This document shows positions 10,355 to 19,591 of a stretch of DNA of 64,000 nucleotides, one piece after another. This DNA is from Dehalococcoidia bacterium. GTDB taxonomy: Bacteria; Chloroflexota; Dehalococcoidia; Bin125. The position numbers and the translations under genes are program-made. The stretch covers positions 960,001-1,024,000 of the forward strand of contig OY820591.1 in assembly GCA_963555985.3 (NCBI GenBank), read 5' to 3'. Positions within the stretch are counted from its first letter, which is position 1. Every line of letters starts with the position of its first letter. The notes beneath the pieces were generated by a model. That model did not search any database. It worked only from the letters and a program-made list of their open reading frames with translations, and was not told where the DNA came from.

Positions 10355-10383
10355 ACGCTATCGCGTTCGCGGACGCACGTCAA
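10355..10383 (-). promoter_or_regulatory. sigma70 promoter of tRNA Met-Val-Leu-Arg operon
   Basis: Minus strand TTGACG-N17-TAGCGT about 30 nt upstream of the first tRNA. Confidence 0.6.
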
Positions 10384-10481
10384 AGCTGCGAGCGGCGCGA
10401 TCCCGTCGCGCTGAGGCCATACCATGACGGGTAGGAGGCCGCTGGCGGTCTCGCTGAGAAGCAGAACTCGCGGGCGTTGCG

Positions 10482-11051
10482 ATGACGATCCACTGGCGGC
10501 CGGGGTCTTCGCTTGCGGGGCGGTTGCTGGTCGCGTCGCGGAACCTGATCGATCCGAATTTTTTTCGTACCGTAGTGCTGATGCTGGAACACCAGGACGG
10601 CGCATTGGGAGTCGTATTGAACCGTCCAACGACGCTCGCGATCGCGGAGGTGGTACCCGATTGGCTGCCGTTGGCGGGAGAGCCGGCAGTGGTGTTTCAC
10701 GGTGGTCCAGTGGAACGGACGGCGGCGATTGGTCTGGCGCGGGGGCAGGCGAGCGATGCGGACGAGCGATTCACGCCGGTGAGCCGGGAAGTGGGGATCA
10801 TCGACCTGGGTGCAGGTCCCGATTCGCTGGGCAGTCTGGTCAGCGATGTGCGGATTTACTCGGGCTATGCCGGTTGGAGTCCGGGGCAGTTGGAAGGCGA
10901 GATTGAGGCGGGCGGCTGGATCGTGCTAGACGCCGATCCGTTTGATCCACTGGTGAACGATCCGGCTGCACTGTGGAACTACGCCGCCGTGCGCGCCGCG
11001 GACGGACTAGGCGTACAGATTCGCACTGATCCGCAAGCGGAATACAACTGA
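10482..11051 (+). CDS. YqgE/AlgH family protein (DUF179)
   Basis: GRLLVAS..LIDPNFFRTVVL, GALGVVLNRP, GGPV, GYAGWSPGQLEGEI..GGW. Confidence 0.9.
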   Translation: MTIHWRPGSSLAGRLLVASRNLIDPNFFRTVVLMLEHQDGALGVVLNRPTTLAIAEVVPDWLPLAGEPAVVFHGGPVERTAAIGLARGQASDADERFTPVSREVGIIDLGAGPDSLGSLVSDVRIYSGYAGWSPGQLEGEIEAGGWIVLDADPFDPLVNDPAALWNYAAVRAADGLGVQIRTDPQAEYN

Positions 11052-11056
11052 GCGCC

Positions 11057-12232
11057 ATGCGGCGATTGCTCTCGGCCCTGCGGGAACGACAGCAGTCCTG
11101 GATTCTGTTCACGTTTTTTCGGCGTCCGCGCAATCGGCGCGAAGCGTTTTCACGGCTCGTGGTAGTTGCGTTCGTGGCCGCGGCGGCAGTCGGTCCCGTG
11201 TTCATTGGCCGGGGCGGGGGTGAACTGACGGCTGGGGCGGGCGCTGCGTATCGCGCGCAGCTTGCCGAGTTGGAAGAGCTGCGAGAAGAGCGCGACGCCG
11301 CCGAAGGGGACACCCCGGCTCTGGATGAGCGGATCTCAGCGCTGGAGGCGGAGACGAAGCTGGGTTATCTGCCGCGTGACGGCGACGCGGCGCAACCAGG
11401 CGGGCTGATACCCGATTTTCGGCTGCTCAACCTTGATGGCGAACCGGTGCGGCTGTCGGAAATTGACGGGCCGATCCTGCTGAATTTCTGGGCGAGCTGG
11501 TGCCAGCCGTGCGTGGAGGAGATGCCGGACTTCGAGATCGTGCACCAGGAATTGGGCGACCGGATCACGCTGATTGGCGTGAACGACGGCGAGAGTCTGG
11601 AGACGGCGCGGCAGTTTGCGGATATCGAGATTGGAGTGTCGTACACCATCTTGATCGATCCGACCAAGCAGATGACGGACGGTCCGTACCTGTTGGTGGG
11701 GCGACCAACGACGTACTACATTGACAGCAGCGGCGAGATTCGGGAGATCCGGGTTGGGTTCCACACGCTGGAGGAGATGCGGAGCCTGGTCGGCAAGTTG
11801 CTCGGCGAGGATGTGAGCGAGGGCGCAGAGGCTTCGCCTTCAGCAGGGGAGTATGCAGAGTCGGCGCTGAATTTGCTTGAGTCGGCGCGGGCGAACTACG
11901 CCGTGGGAGCGGATCTGATTGAACGCTGGCAGGGTGATCCTTCGGTGTTCGGTGATCCGGGTTGGCAGCGGAGCATGAGCGCGAATGTGCTGACATGGGC
12001 GGATTTGCTGGATCAGTTTGAGGCGTTGAAGCCGCCGGAAAATCGCTCGGCGCTGCATAGCGCCGTGGCGAACGGTCTCACAGCAGTGCATGTTGCCGGG
12101 CAGTTGATTGCGGACGCAATTGAGGGCCCGAACGAGGCGCTGTTGACGACGGCGGCGGGTCTGTTCGAGAGCGGGCGCGCGCAGTTCGATGCGGCGGCGG
12201 ACGATCTCGAAGATGTGCTGAGCGGGCGTTGA
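11057..12232 (+). CDS. membrane-anchored TlpA/ResA-like thiol-disulfide oxidoreductase with C-terminal helical extension
   Basis: PDFRL, LLNFWASWCQPCVEEMP, PTTYYID; N-terminal TM helix. Confidence 0.85.
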   Translation: MRRLLSALRERQQSWILFTFFRRPRNRREAFSRLVVVAFVAAAAVGPVFIGRGGGELTAGAGAAYRAQLAELEELREERDAAEGDTPALDERISALEAETKLGYLPRDGDAAQPGGLIPDFRLLNLDGEPVRLSEIDGPILLNFWASWCQPCVEEMPDFEIVHQELGDRITLIGVNDGESLETARQFADIEIGVSYTILIDPTKQMTDGPYLLVGRPTTYYIDSSGEIREIRVGFHTLEEMRSLVGKLLGEDVSEGAEASPSAGEYAESALNLLESARANYAVGADLIERWQGDPSVFGDPGWQRSMSANVLTWADLLDQFEALKPPENRSALHSAVANGLTAVHVAGQLIADAIEGPNEALLTTAAGLFESGRAQFDAAADDLEDVLSGR

Positions 12233-12258
12233 GCTCTGCGATACCGTGAAGCGCGCAG

Positions 12259-12335
12259 GGGCGATTAGCTCAGTCGGCTAGAGCGTCCGGTTTACACCCG
12301 GGAGGTCGGAGGTTCGAGTCCTCCATCGCCCACCA
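12259..12335 (+). tRNA. tRNA-Val(TAC)
   Basis: GGGCGATTAGCTCAG...TCCGG-TT-TAC-AC-CCGGG...CCA. Confidence 0.95.
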
Positions 12336-12373
12336 CGTCCGTTCAGTAAGCTGCACCCAGGACCGCGCCGACC

Positions 12374-13090
12374 ATGCAGGAGCACGACATGAGCCTCACC
12401 CAAATCGCGCCCGACCTGTGGGCGACGCCCCACTATCCGGTGGAAGGCATCGACACCGCCAACACCCGCGCCTACCTGTTGACACGGCCGCAGGGCAACG
12501 TCCTGATCTACGGCCTGGGTTTTCAGCGCGGCGAGGCCGACGAGGCCGTGCTGGACGAGATCGCGGCGCTGGGCGGGGTGCAGCTGCAACTGCTCTCGCA
12601 CAGCGATGAAGCGAGCCATTCACTCGATGCCGTGCGCGAGCGCTTCGGCTCCCGCCTGGCCTGTAGCGCGGTGGAAGTGGACCAGATCGACAACTACGCT
12701 GAAGGCCTCAGCATCGACCTGGCCTGGGAGCCCGACTGCGCTGATGAGGCGTTGGACGGCCTGGAGATCATGGCCACGCCCGGCCACACCAAAGGCAGCA
12801 TCAGCGTCCGCTACGAGTCGCCGCACGGCCAGACCTACCTCTTCACCGGCGACACCATCGTGCCCAAGGACGACGGCGGCTGGGCCACCGCTGTGGCCGA
12901 ACAGCAGGGCGGCACCGCCGCCGACTTGGAGCGCTCCTTGCTCGCGCTGCGCAAACAGTCCTTCGACTTGCTGGCGAGCAGCGCCTACGTCGGCGAGACC
13001 AGCACCGCTTCCCCGTCGCAAGAGGAGTGGCAAGCGATCGTCGACCACCGCCTGGAGCGCCTGCGCGAGTGGGACGCCGCCCGCGCCTAA
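12374..13090 (+). CDS. MBL-fold metallo-hydrolase
   Basis: AYLLTRPQGNVLIY, LLSHSDEA, TPGHTKGSI, YLFTGDTI. Confidence 0.85.
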   Translation: MQEHDMSLTQIAPDLWATPHYPVEGIDTANTRAYLLTRPQGNVLIYGLGFQRGEADEAVLDEIAALGGVQLQLLSHSDEASHSLDAVRERFGSRLACSAVEVDQIDNYAEGLSIDLAWEPDCADEALDGLEIMATPGHTKGSISVRYESPHGQTYLFTGDTIVPKDDGGWATAVAEQQGGTAADLERSLLALRKQSFDLLASSAYVGETSTASPSQEEWQAIVDHRLERLREWDAARA

Positions 13091-13241
13091 GCTTCCCGCC
13101 CGGCCCTGCTCGAACTCCTCCTTCAAGACGATGGCGGAACCGAGGTCTTGAGCCAGGCCTCCTGCATCTCTGAGTGCTATATTCCACATAAAAGTTCTCA
13201 TTTCGACACAAGATGGCCTGCCAGCAACGTGGAGGATTGCC

Positions 13242-13656
13242 ATGGCCGAGGGCAGCAGCGGGGTGAGGCTGCTGTCGGGCGGCAATCCCCAGATTCCAAA
13301 GGGCGACGGCGACGCCCCGGTGCAGGCCTACATCGCAGCCATGCCGGGCTGGAAGAGCGATCTGGGCCGCCGCCTCGATGAGCTGGCGCACCATTCCCAA
13401 CGTGCGCAAGGCGGTGCGCTGGAACTCGCCCTGGTACGGCGTCGAGGGTCAGGGCTGGTTCGTGAGCGCCCACGTCTTCAGCAAATACGTCAAAGTGACT
13501 TTCCTCAACGGCTCGGAGTTGTCGCCGGCGCCGCCGGGCTCGGGCAAGGATCCCGACTCGCGCTGGGTCAACATCTACGAGGATGGATTCGACGAGGAGC
13601 AGATGACAGAGTGGATCCGCCAGGCCGCCGCTTTGCCAGGCTGGGATGGGTTCTGA
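13242..13656 (+). pseudogene. DUF1801-domain protein, frameshifted near 13385
   Basis: LLSGGNPQIPKGDGDAPVQAYIAAMPGWK...LDEL in one frame continues as TIPNVRKAVRWNSPWYG...WIRQAAALPGW in another. Confidence 0.8.
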
Positions 13657-13681
13657 GGCCAATCGAGAAGGGAGAAACCCC

Positions 13682-14101
13682 ATGCGAGTGATGGTGTTGG
13701 TCAAGGCGACCGAAGACAGCGAGGCAGGCGTCATGCCCTCGACCGAAATGTTCGAGGCGATGGGCGCCTACAACGAGGAACTGGTCAACGCCGGAATCAT
13801 GAAGGATGCCGACGGCCTGACGCCTACAGCGCAGGGGAAGCGGGTGGCTTTCGACGGCGACTCCCGCACCGTGATCGACGGCCCGTTCGGCGTCACCAGC
13901 GAACTGGTCGCCGGGTTCTGGATCTGGGAGGTCGAGGATTTGGAGGAAGCAGTTGAGTGGGTCAAGCGCTGTCCCAATCCGATGCCCGGCCCGAGCGAGA
14001 TCGAGATCCGTCCGTTCTATCAGCTCGATGACTTCGGCGACGCGATAACGCCCGAGCAGATTGAGCGGGAAGAGCGACTGCGCGAGCGAGTCGAGGAGTA
14101 A
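13682..14101 (+). CDS. YciI family (DGPF domain) protein
   Basis: MRVMVLVKATEDSEAG, VIDGPF...ELVAGFWIW, EIEIRP; GGGAGA SD upstream. Confidence 0.9.
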   Translation: MRVMVLVKATEDSEAGVMPSTEMFEAMGAYNEELVNAGIMKDADGLTPTAQGKRVAFDGDSRTVIDGPFGVTSELVAGFWIWEVEDLEEAVEWVKRCPNPMPGPSEIEIRPFYQLDDFGDAITPEQIEREERLRERVEE

Positions 14102-14126
14102 TCTGAGGCTCGGGAAGGCACGGATC

Positions 14127-14807
14127 ATGAGACAACTCGAACCCGACCTGTGGCAGACCTCGGTGTCCGCGATCAGTGAGACCGTGGGTACCAATGCGTA
14201 CCTGTTGACCAAGCCAACGGGCAATCTACTGATCTACGGGCTCGGTTACGGCGAGAGCGAGGGTCGGGGCGACGATCTTGATCAGATCGAGCGTCTTGGT
14301 GGAGTCGAGTTGCAAATCCTGAGCCACCGGGACGAGGCGAGTCCGTCGCTGAACGTCGTTCGCGAGCGCTTTGGCTCGCGCCTGGCCTGTAGCACGCTTG
14401 AGGAACCGGCGATTCGCGCCGAAGCCGCGGTTGACCTGATTGTCGGTTCGAACTGCTCCGACCCGGTGCTGGATGGCCTCGAGATCCTGGAGACGCCGGG
14501 TCACACGGACGGCAGCATTAGCTTCCGGTACCGATCGCCGCACGGGAAGTCGTACCTGTTCACCGGGGATACGATCTTTCGCTGGGACGATCACTGGGGC
14601 ACGTTCGTCTTCTCCGAGGCGGGCGGCGATGCCGGAGACTTGAGGAAGAGTCTCATGTCGCTGCGCGAGCTGGAGCCGGACTGGGTGATTTCGAGCGCGT
14701 TTTTCCGGTCGGTGGGTGCGGGCGAGGTCTCGGGGACGGAGTGGTCTGAGATTGTTGATGCGCAGATCGCCCGTCTGGCTGAGGGGCCTACCCGGCAAAC
14801 GGATTGA
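14127..14807 (+). CDS. MBL-fold metallo-hydrolase (paralog of 12374-13090)
   Basis: ILSHRDEA, TPGHTDGSI, YLFTGDTI; shares RERFGSRLACS. Confidence 0.85.
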   Translation: MRQLEPDLWQTSVSAISETVGTNAYLLTKPTGNLLIYGLGYGESEGRGDDLDQIERLGGVELQILSHRDEASPSLNVVRERFGSRLACSTLEEPAIRAEAAVDLIVGSNCSDPVLDGLEILETPGHTDGSISFRYRSPHGKSYLFTGDTIFRWDDHWGTFVFSEAGGDAGDLRKSLMSLRELEPDWVISSAFFRSVGAGEVSGTEWSEIVDAQIARLAEGPTRQTD

Positions 14808-15198
14808 TGACACGGAGGCTGTCGTAGTCCTGCTGGTCGCTGAGATCTTCGGAGTACACCGCATCGCAGCCCATGGCCCGCGCAGCGGCAAGAATGGCGG
14901 CATCCCAGTAGGAGAGCTGGAAGCGCTGGCAGATGTCCAGGGCGGACGTGAACAGTGTTCGATCGAGAGTCTGAACGGGAATCTCAGCGAGTGTGTCCAG
15001 AAACACCAGAGCTTGTTGGTGGCTGAGCCGGTGCGGCCGGGATGCGCGAGTGGCCTGATAGTAGAACTCTTGGAGGACCTGTACGGAGAGGCAAAGATCG
15101 TCTCGTTCAAGCAGCTCCAGAGCGATCCGAGTCTTGTCTTCCTCACTGGGGTGCAGACTGGCGGCGTACAGCAGTACGTTTGTGTCAGTCAGGCGCAT
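14788..15198 (-). CDS. PIN-domain (VapC) toxin
   Basis: [38 protein letters not shown]. Confidence 0.9.
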   Translation of the reverse strand: MRLTDTNVLLYAASLHPSEEDKTRIALELLERDDLCLSVQVLQEFYYQATRASRPHRLSHQQALVFLDTLAEIPVQTLDRTLFTSALDICQRFQLSYWDAAILAAARAMGCDAVYSEDLSDQQDYDSLRVINPFAG

Positions 15199-15460
15199 GG
15201 CGATCGTAGAGTTCTTCCCGCGGAATGTTGTCGGCCACGCGGAAGTTCGGACTATTGCGGCTGATCTCATCCCGTACTTCGAGAAGCCTGCGCATGCGAC
15301 GCTCGGACGCAGTTTCCTGTTTCTGGGTTTCAGTACCGGCGTCGGTGAGGCTTCTCAGATATTCGCGCACGAGTGCCGAGACGGATGTGTCCATCTCGGC
15401 CGCTCGGATGCGAGCCTGCCGGTAGGTCTCTTCGTCGACCGAAACGGTGATGTTCTTCAT
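15185..15460 (-). CDS. RHH-type antitoxin
   Basis: [35 protein letters not shown]; C-terminal REELYDR; overlaps toxin start. Confidence 0.85.
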   Translation of the reverse strand: MKNITVSVDEETYRQARIRAAEMDTSVSALVREYLRSLTDAGTETQKQETASERRMRRLLEVRDEISRNSPNFRVADNIPREELYDRHAPD

Positions 15461-15462
15461 GG

Positions 15463-15494
15463 TCACAGTCTCACAGTTCCTGTGCTCCACAGTA
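15463..15494 (-). promoter_or_regulatory. probable TA autoregulatory operator and -10 box
   Basis: CACAGT three times, including inverted CACAG-TTC-CTGTG; minus-strand TACTGT. Confidence 0.45.
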
Positions 15495-15630
15495 CTACGG
15501 TGCGGACCGCGACGGCGACCAGCAGACGATACCGCCCGCCCGACAGCGCGATTCGCTGGCGAGAGCGTTGACCCGCCAGCGGGGCTTTCTTAGCCTCTGC
15601 TTAGCCGCGTCCGGCGGAGGGAGCGATCTG

Positions 15631-17304
15631 ATGGCCTCGAAACTGCAGGAATGGCTCGACGGGCCGTACGCCAAGGCCACGGGGCGTTTCCCCGAACGCC
15701 GCGAGGCGTTTCGTCGCTCCAGCGGCGAGGCGCTGGAGCCGATCTACGTCGATCCCGGCGAGTCTGACCCAATGCCCGGCCAATACCCCTACACGCGCGG
15801 GATTCAGCCGACGATGTATCGCGGGCGGCTGTGGACGATGCGGCAGTACGCAGGGCAGGAGGACGCGGAGGCGAGTAACCGGCGCTACCGCTTCCTGCTC
15901 GATCAGGGACAGACGGGGTTGTCGGTGGCGTTCGACCTGCCGACCCAGATCGGCTACGACTCTGATGCGGCGATGTCGGAGGGCGAAGTGGGCAAGGTGG
16001 GAGTGGCGATTGACTCGATCGAGGACATGCGCACGTTGTTTGATCAGATCCCGCTCGACCGGGTGACGACCTCGATGACGATCAATTCGACGGCGGCAAT
16101 CCTGCTCTCGCTCTATGCAGCGGTGGCGGAAGAGCAGGGAGTACCGCAGGACAAGATCGGCGGCACGGTTCAGAACGACATCCTGAAGGAGTACATCGCG
16201 CGGGGGACGTACATCTATCCGCCGCAGCCGTCGATGCGGTTGATTACCGACACCTTCGACTACTGCACACGCGAGGTGCCGCGCTGGAACACGATCTCAA
16301 TCTCGGGCTACCACATGCGCGAGGCGGGTTGCACGGCGGCGCAGGAGATCGGGTTCACACTGGCCAATGCGATTGCGTATGTGGAAGCGGCGCTGGATGC
16401 GGATTTGGCGTTTGATCAGTTCGGACCGCGGCTGTCGTTTTTCTTCGCCTGCCACTCGAACTTTCTTGAGGAGATCGCGAAGTTCCGGGCGGCGCGGCGG
16501 TTGTGGGCGAGCATCGCGCGGGAGCGCTTCGGATCGGAGAATCAGCGCGCGCAGATGCTGCGCTTCCACACGCAGACCGGCGGCGTCACATTGACCGCGC
16601 AGCAGCCCGACAACAACGTGATCCGCACCACCCTGCAAGCGCTCGCAGCGGTACTGGGAGGAACGCAATCGCTGCACACGAACTCGCTCGATGAGGCGTT
16701 GGGGTTGCCTTCGGAGCACGCGGTTGAAGTCGCGCTGCGTACGCAGCAGGTGATCGGCTACGAGAGCGGCGTGGCCGACGTGATCGATCCGCTGGGCGGC
16801 TCGTACTACATCGAGCAGACGACGGATGCGCTGGAGGCCGAGGCGCGGCGCTACATCGAGCAGATTGACGCGCTGGGCGGGGCGGTCAGCGCGATTGAGC
16901 AGGGCTATCAGCAGTCGGAGATTTTGGAAGCGGCCTCGCAGTTCCAGCGGGAGGTGGAGACGGAAGCGGAGCACGCCCGCGCCAGTGAGGGGCCGGCGGG
17001 GAAGGATGGACGGGTGATCGTGGGCGTGAACCGGTTCCAGACCGATGAAGAGCCGGACGTGGAGATTGTGCGCGTGGATCCGCGTGTGCGCGAGCGGCAG
17101 ATGGAGAAGCTGGAGCGGTTGCGGGCCGGTCGTGACGAAGCGGCGGTGAACGCGGCGCTGGATCGGATTCAGCAGGCGGCGGGCGGGAGTGAGAATCTGG
17201 TACCGCTGATGCTGGACGCGGTCAAGCAGTCGGCGACGCTGGGTGAGATTTCGGACGCGCTGCGCTCCGTCTGGGGCGAGTACCGCGAACGCATCGTGGT
17301 CTGA
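15631..17304 (+). CDS. methylmalonyl-CoA mutase, large (catalytic) subunit
   Basis: [77 protein letters not shown]. Confidence 0.95.
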   Translation: MASKLQEWLDGPYAKATGRFPERREAFRRSSGEALEPIYVDPGESDPMPGQYPYTRGIQPTMYRGRLWTMRQYAGQEDAEASNRRYRFLLDQGQTGLSVAFDLPTQIGYDSDAAMSEGEVGKVGVAIDSIEDMRTLFDQIPLDRVTTSMTINSTAAILLSLYAAVAEEQGVPQDKIGGTVQNDILKEYIARGTYIYPPQPSMRLITDTFDYCTREVPRWNTISISGYHMREAGCTAAQEIGFTLANAIAYVEAALDADLAFDQFGPRLSFFFACHSNFLEEIAKFRAARRLWASIARERFGSENQRAQMLRFHTQTGGVTLTAQQPDNNVIRTTLQALAAVLGGTQSLHTNSLDEALGLPSEHAVEVALRTQQVIGYESGVADVIDPLGGSYYIEQTTDALEAEARRYIEQIDALGGAVSAIEQGYQQSEILEAASQFQREVETEAEHARASEGPAGKDGRVIVGVNRFQTDEEPDVEIVRVDPRVRERQMEKLERLRAGRDEAAVNAALDRIQQAAGGSENLVPLMLDAVKQSATLGEISDALRSVWGEYRERIVV

Positions 17305-17320
17305 GGAAAGCAGCGCCGCC

Positions 17321-17860
17321 GTGCCTCTTCGACGCCGCGCACCGGACTCCGCCGACTCCAGCTGGAGCGACGCTGAGCGTCTGCGCTACTGGTGGCAGGC
17401 AGAGCGTGAGCGCCTGCACGAGGCGTTGAGCGCAGTCCCGAACGACGCCGCTGAGCGTCCGCTCGGAGCGGGCGCCTGGTCGCCGCGCGGGATTGCGGCG
17501 CATCGGCTGTTCTGGGAAGCGGAGGAGCGGGCGGCGCTGGAGCAGTACCTGAGCGGACAGACGCCGTCGCTGTTGGAATTCCCGGTGGAGCGGATTGATC
17601 CGACAAACGCGGCGGCGGTGGATGCGCTCGGCGAGCGGCAGTTGAGTGCGTTGCAGCGGGCGCTGTCGCAGCTGCGCGAACGCTCGCGCGGGTTGGTGGA
17701 GCGGATTCCCGACACGGATCTGGATACGCAAGGCAATCCGGCGCGGATCCTGCTGGGGGTCGCCTTGGAGCACGATCGCGAGCATCGGCAGGAGCTCGAG
17801 CGCGCCTTGCCGGAACTACTCGGACACGACACAGGCGTGGACGAGCACAGGCGCACATGA
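17321..17860 (+). CDS. DinB-like four-helix protein (start uncertain)
   Basis: WSPRGIAAHRLFWE...EHDREHRQEL metal-binding His pattern. Confidence 0.7.
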   Translation: MPLRRRAPDSADSSWSDAERLRYWWQAERERLHEALSAVPNDAAERPLGAGAWSPRGIAAHRLFWEAEERAALEQYLSGQTPSLLEFPVERIDPTNAAAVDALGERQLSALQRALSQLRERSRGLVERIPDTDLDTQGNPARILLGVALEHDREHRQELERALPELLGHDTGVDEHRRT

Positions 17861-17898
17861 CCGACATCTGAGACAGTGGCTGTGCAAAGGAGCGAGCG

Positions 17899-18714
17899 AT
17901 GGCCCTGACACGGATTCATCACATTGGCATTGCGGTACACGACGCGGACAAAGCAGCCGAACTCTGGCGCGACACGTTCGGTCTGGAGACGGCGCTGGAT
18001 ACGGAGCTGGAATCGCAGGGAGTACGGGGGGTGATCTTCCCCCTCGACAACTGCGAGATCGAGTTGCTGCAACCGACCCGCGAAAACACCGGGATCGCCA
18101 AGTACCTCGAAACTAACGGCGAGGGCTTCCATCACATCTGCTTCGAGTCGACCGATGTGGCTGGCGACCTCAACGCCGCCGCTGCGACCGGGATACAAAT
18201 GATCGACACCGAACCGCGCGTCGGTCTGACCGGCATGATCGGCTTCATTCACCCACGCTCGAACCACGGGGTGCTGATCGAGTACGCCCAGCCGCCTGAT
18301 GGCGCGCCGCAACACTCAGGCCCGACATCGGGCCCCGGCCCACACGCACTGCATCACATGACGGTCGCGGTCAACGAGGTGGCGCCGGTCACGGAGGCGT
18401 GGACGCAGCGCTACGGCCTGGTCGGGCGCGAACCGTTTAGCGCCGAGGCGCTGGGCCTGGAAGGTCAGTTCCTGGACATCGGCCCAACGGCAATCGAACT
18501 GGTCCGCCCCTTGCCGGGCAGCGGCGGCCCGCTGCCGCGCAAGCTGGATACTTCCGGCGAAGGCATGTTCATGCTGGCGCTGACCGTACGCGACGCGGCC
18601 GCGTCGGTGGACTACCTGCGAGGCGAAGGCTGGACCACCACCGACGCCAACGCCGGCGCATTCATCTCGCCGAAGCACACCTATGGCGCGCGACTGAGGC
18701 TGTCGGAGGCGTAG
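17899..18714 (+). CDS. methylmalonyl-CoA epimerase fused to a second VOC domain
   Basis: IHHIGIAV, IELLQP, GEGFHHICF, FIHPRSNHGVLIEY; second LHHMTVAV..IELVRP..GEGMF. Confidence 0.85.
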   Translation: MALTRIHHIGIAVHDADKAAELWRDTFGLETALDTELESQGVRGVIFPLDNCEIELLQPTRENTGIAKYLETNGEGFHHICFESTDVAGDLNAAAATGIQMIDTEPRVGLTGMIGFIHPRSNHGVLIEYAQPPDGAPQHSGPTSGPGPHALHHMTVAVNEVAPVTEAWTQRYGLVGREPFSAEALGLEGQFLDIGPTAIELVRPLPGSGGPLPRKLDTSGEGMFMLALTVRDAAASVDYLRGEGWTTTDANAGAFISPKHTYGARLRLSEA

Positions 18715-18749
18715 CGGCGGCGGGTCGGCGAGTCGTCTACGCTGACCCC

Positions 18750-19013
18750 ATGACGACGATCCGCGCCCGCTACGCCAACGGCGTCCTGACGCCGCTCGAT
18801 CCGCTCGACCTGTCGGAAGGGTGCGAGGTGTCGCTGACCGTGAACGGCGAGGAGGCTGCTGCGGCCCCTGAGGAGTCGGGTCCTGAGGAAGAGACACTGC
18901 TTGAGATGGTTGATCGCATCAGGGCCGCGTATCCGAACGATGATCCCAATCTGGCTACCGACGGGGCCAAGAATTTCAAGCACTACCTGTATGGACATCC
19001 CAAAGAAGACTGA
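18750..19013 (+). CDS. antitoxin, DUF104/AF2212-like
   Basis: TIRARYANGVLTPLDPLDLSEGCEVSLTV...NFKHYLYG; TGATG overlap with PIN gene. Confidence 0.85.
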   Translation: MTTIRARYANGVLTPLDPLDLSEGCEVSLTVNGEEAAAAPEESGPEEETLLEMVDRIRAAYPNDDPNLATDGAKNFKHYLYGHPKED

Positions 19014-19429
19014 TGCGAACCGTCTTCGCCGATGCTGGCTACTGGATTGCGATGTTGGGCAATGACAAGTTGACCGGGCGTGCCCGCGAAGTCACCAACC
19101 AACTCGGCCAACATCGAATCGTCACTACCCAGATGGTCCTGGTGGAAGTCCTGACTCACTCATCCTGACGCGGTCGAGACGCGCGCCTGAGAGCGGCTGC
19201 CCTCGCTACGGACCTTGAGTCCCGGCCTGACGTCGAAGTCGTGCCGCAGACTGCGGAGCAGTATCGCGCCGCCCTCCGGCTCTACGCGGACCGGCCTGAC
19301 CAGCGTTGGAGCCTGACCGACTGCGCTAGCTTCCAACTGATGGAGTCGCGCGGCATCAGCGAAGCCCTAGCCTACGACCGCGACTTCGAGCAGGCCGGCT
19401 TCAGCCCGCTCCTCCGCGAGTCGCTCTAG
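19013..19429 (+). pseudogene. PIN/VapC toxin with in-frame TGA at 19166-19168
   Basis: MRTVFADAGYWIA...VTTQMVLVEVL THSS* RGRD...WSLTDCASFQLM..ALAYDRDFEQAGF, all in one frame. Confidence 0.85.
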
Positions 19430-19506
19430 CCGTCACTTCGCCCAAGCACACCTACAGCGCGAGGCTGCGGCTGTCCGAGGCGTAGGCGCTCCCGCGATAC
19501 TCAGGC

Positions 19507-19535
19507 TTGACCAAACATTCGTCGGCTCGTAACTT
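19507..19535 (+). promoter_or_regulatory. sigma70 promoter of the 19592 gene
   Basis: TTGACC-N17-TAACTT; GAGG SD before ATG. Confidence 0.5.
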
Positions 19536-19591
19536 CCGCCTGACCGTCGCGGAATGCGACCGTCGGTATCGAGAGAAGAGGATGTAGCTCC

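Noticed and set aside
10122-12335. Invertible segment bounded by two oppositely oriented tRNA-Val genes
   Set aside because: The similarity is ordinary isoacceptor conservation and there is no invertase nearby
15495-15630. Cobalamin riboswitch before the mutase
   Set aside because: Too short and lacks the conserved B12-box motifs
19166-19168. TGA recoding (Sec, Trp or Gly) in the PIN gene
   Set aside because: TGA is used as a normal stop throughout the window, the site is not a conserved Cys position, and no convincing SECIS follows
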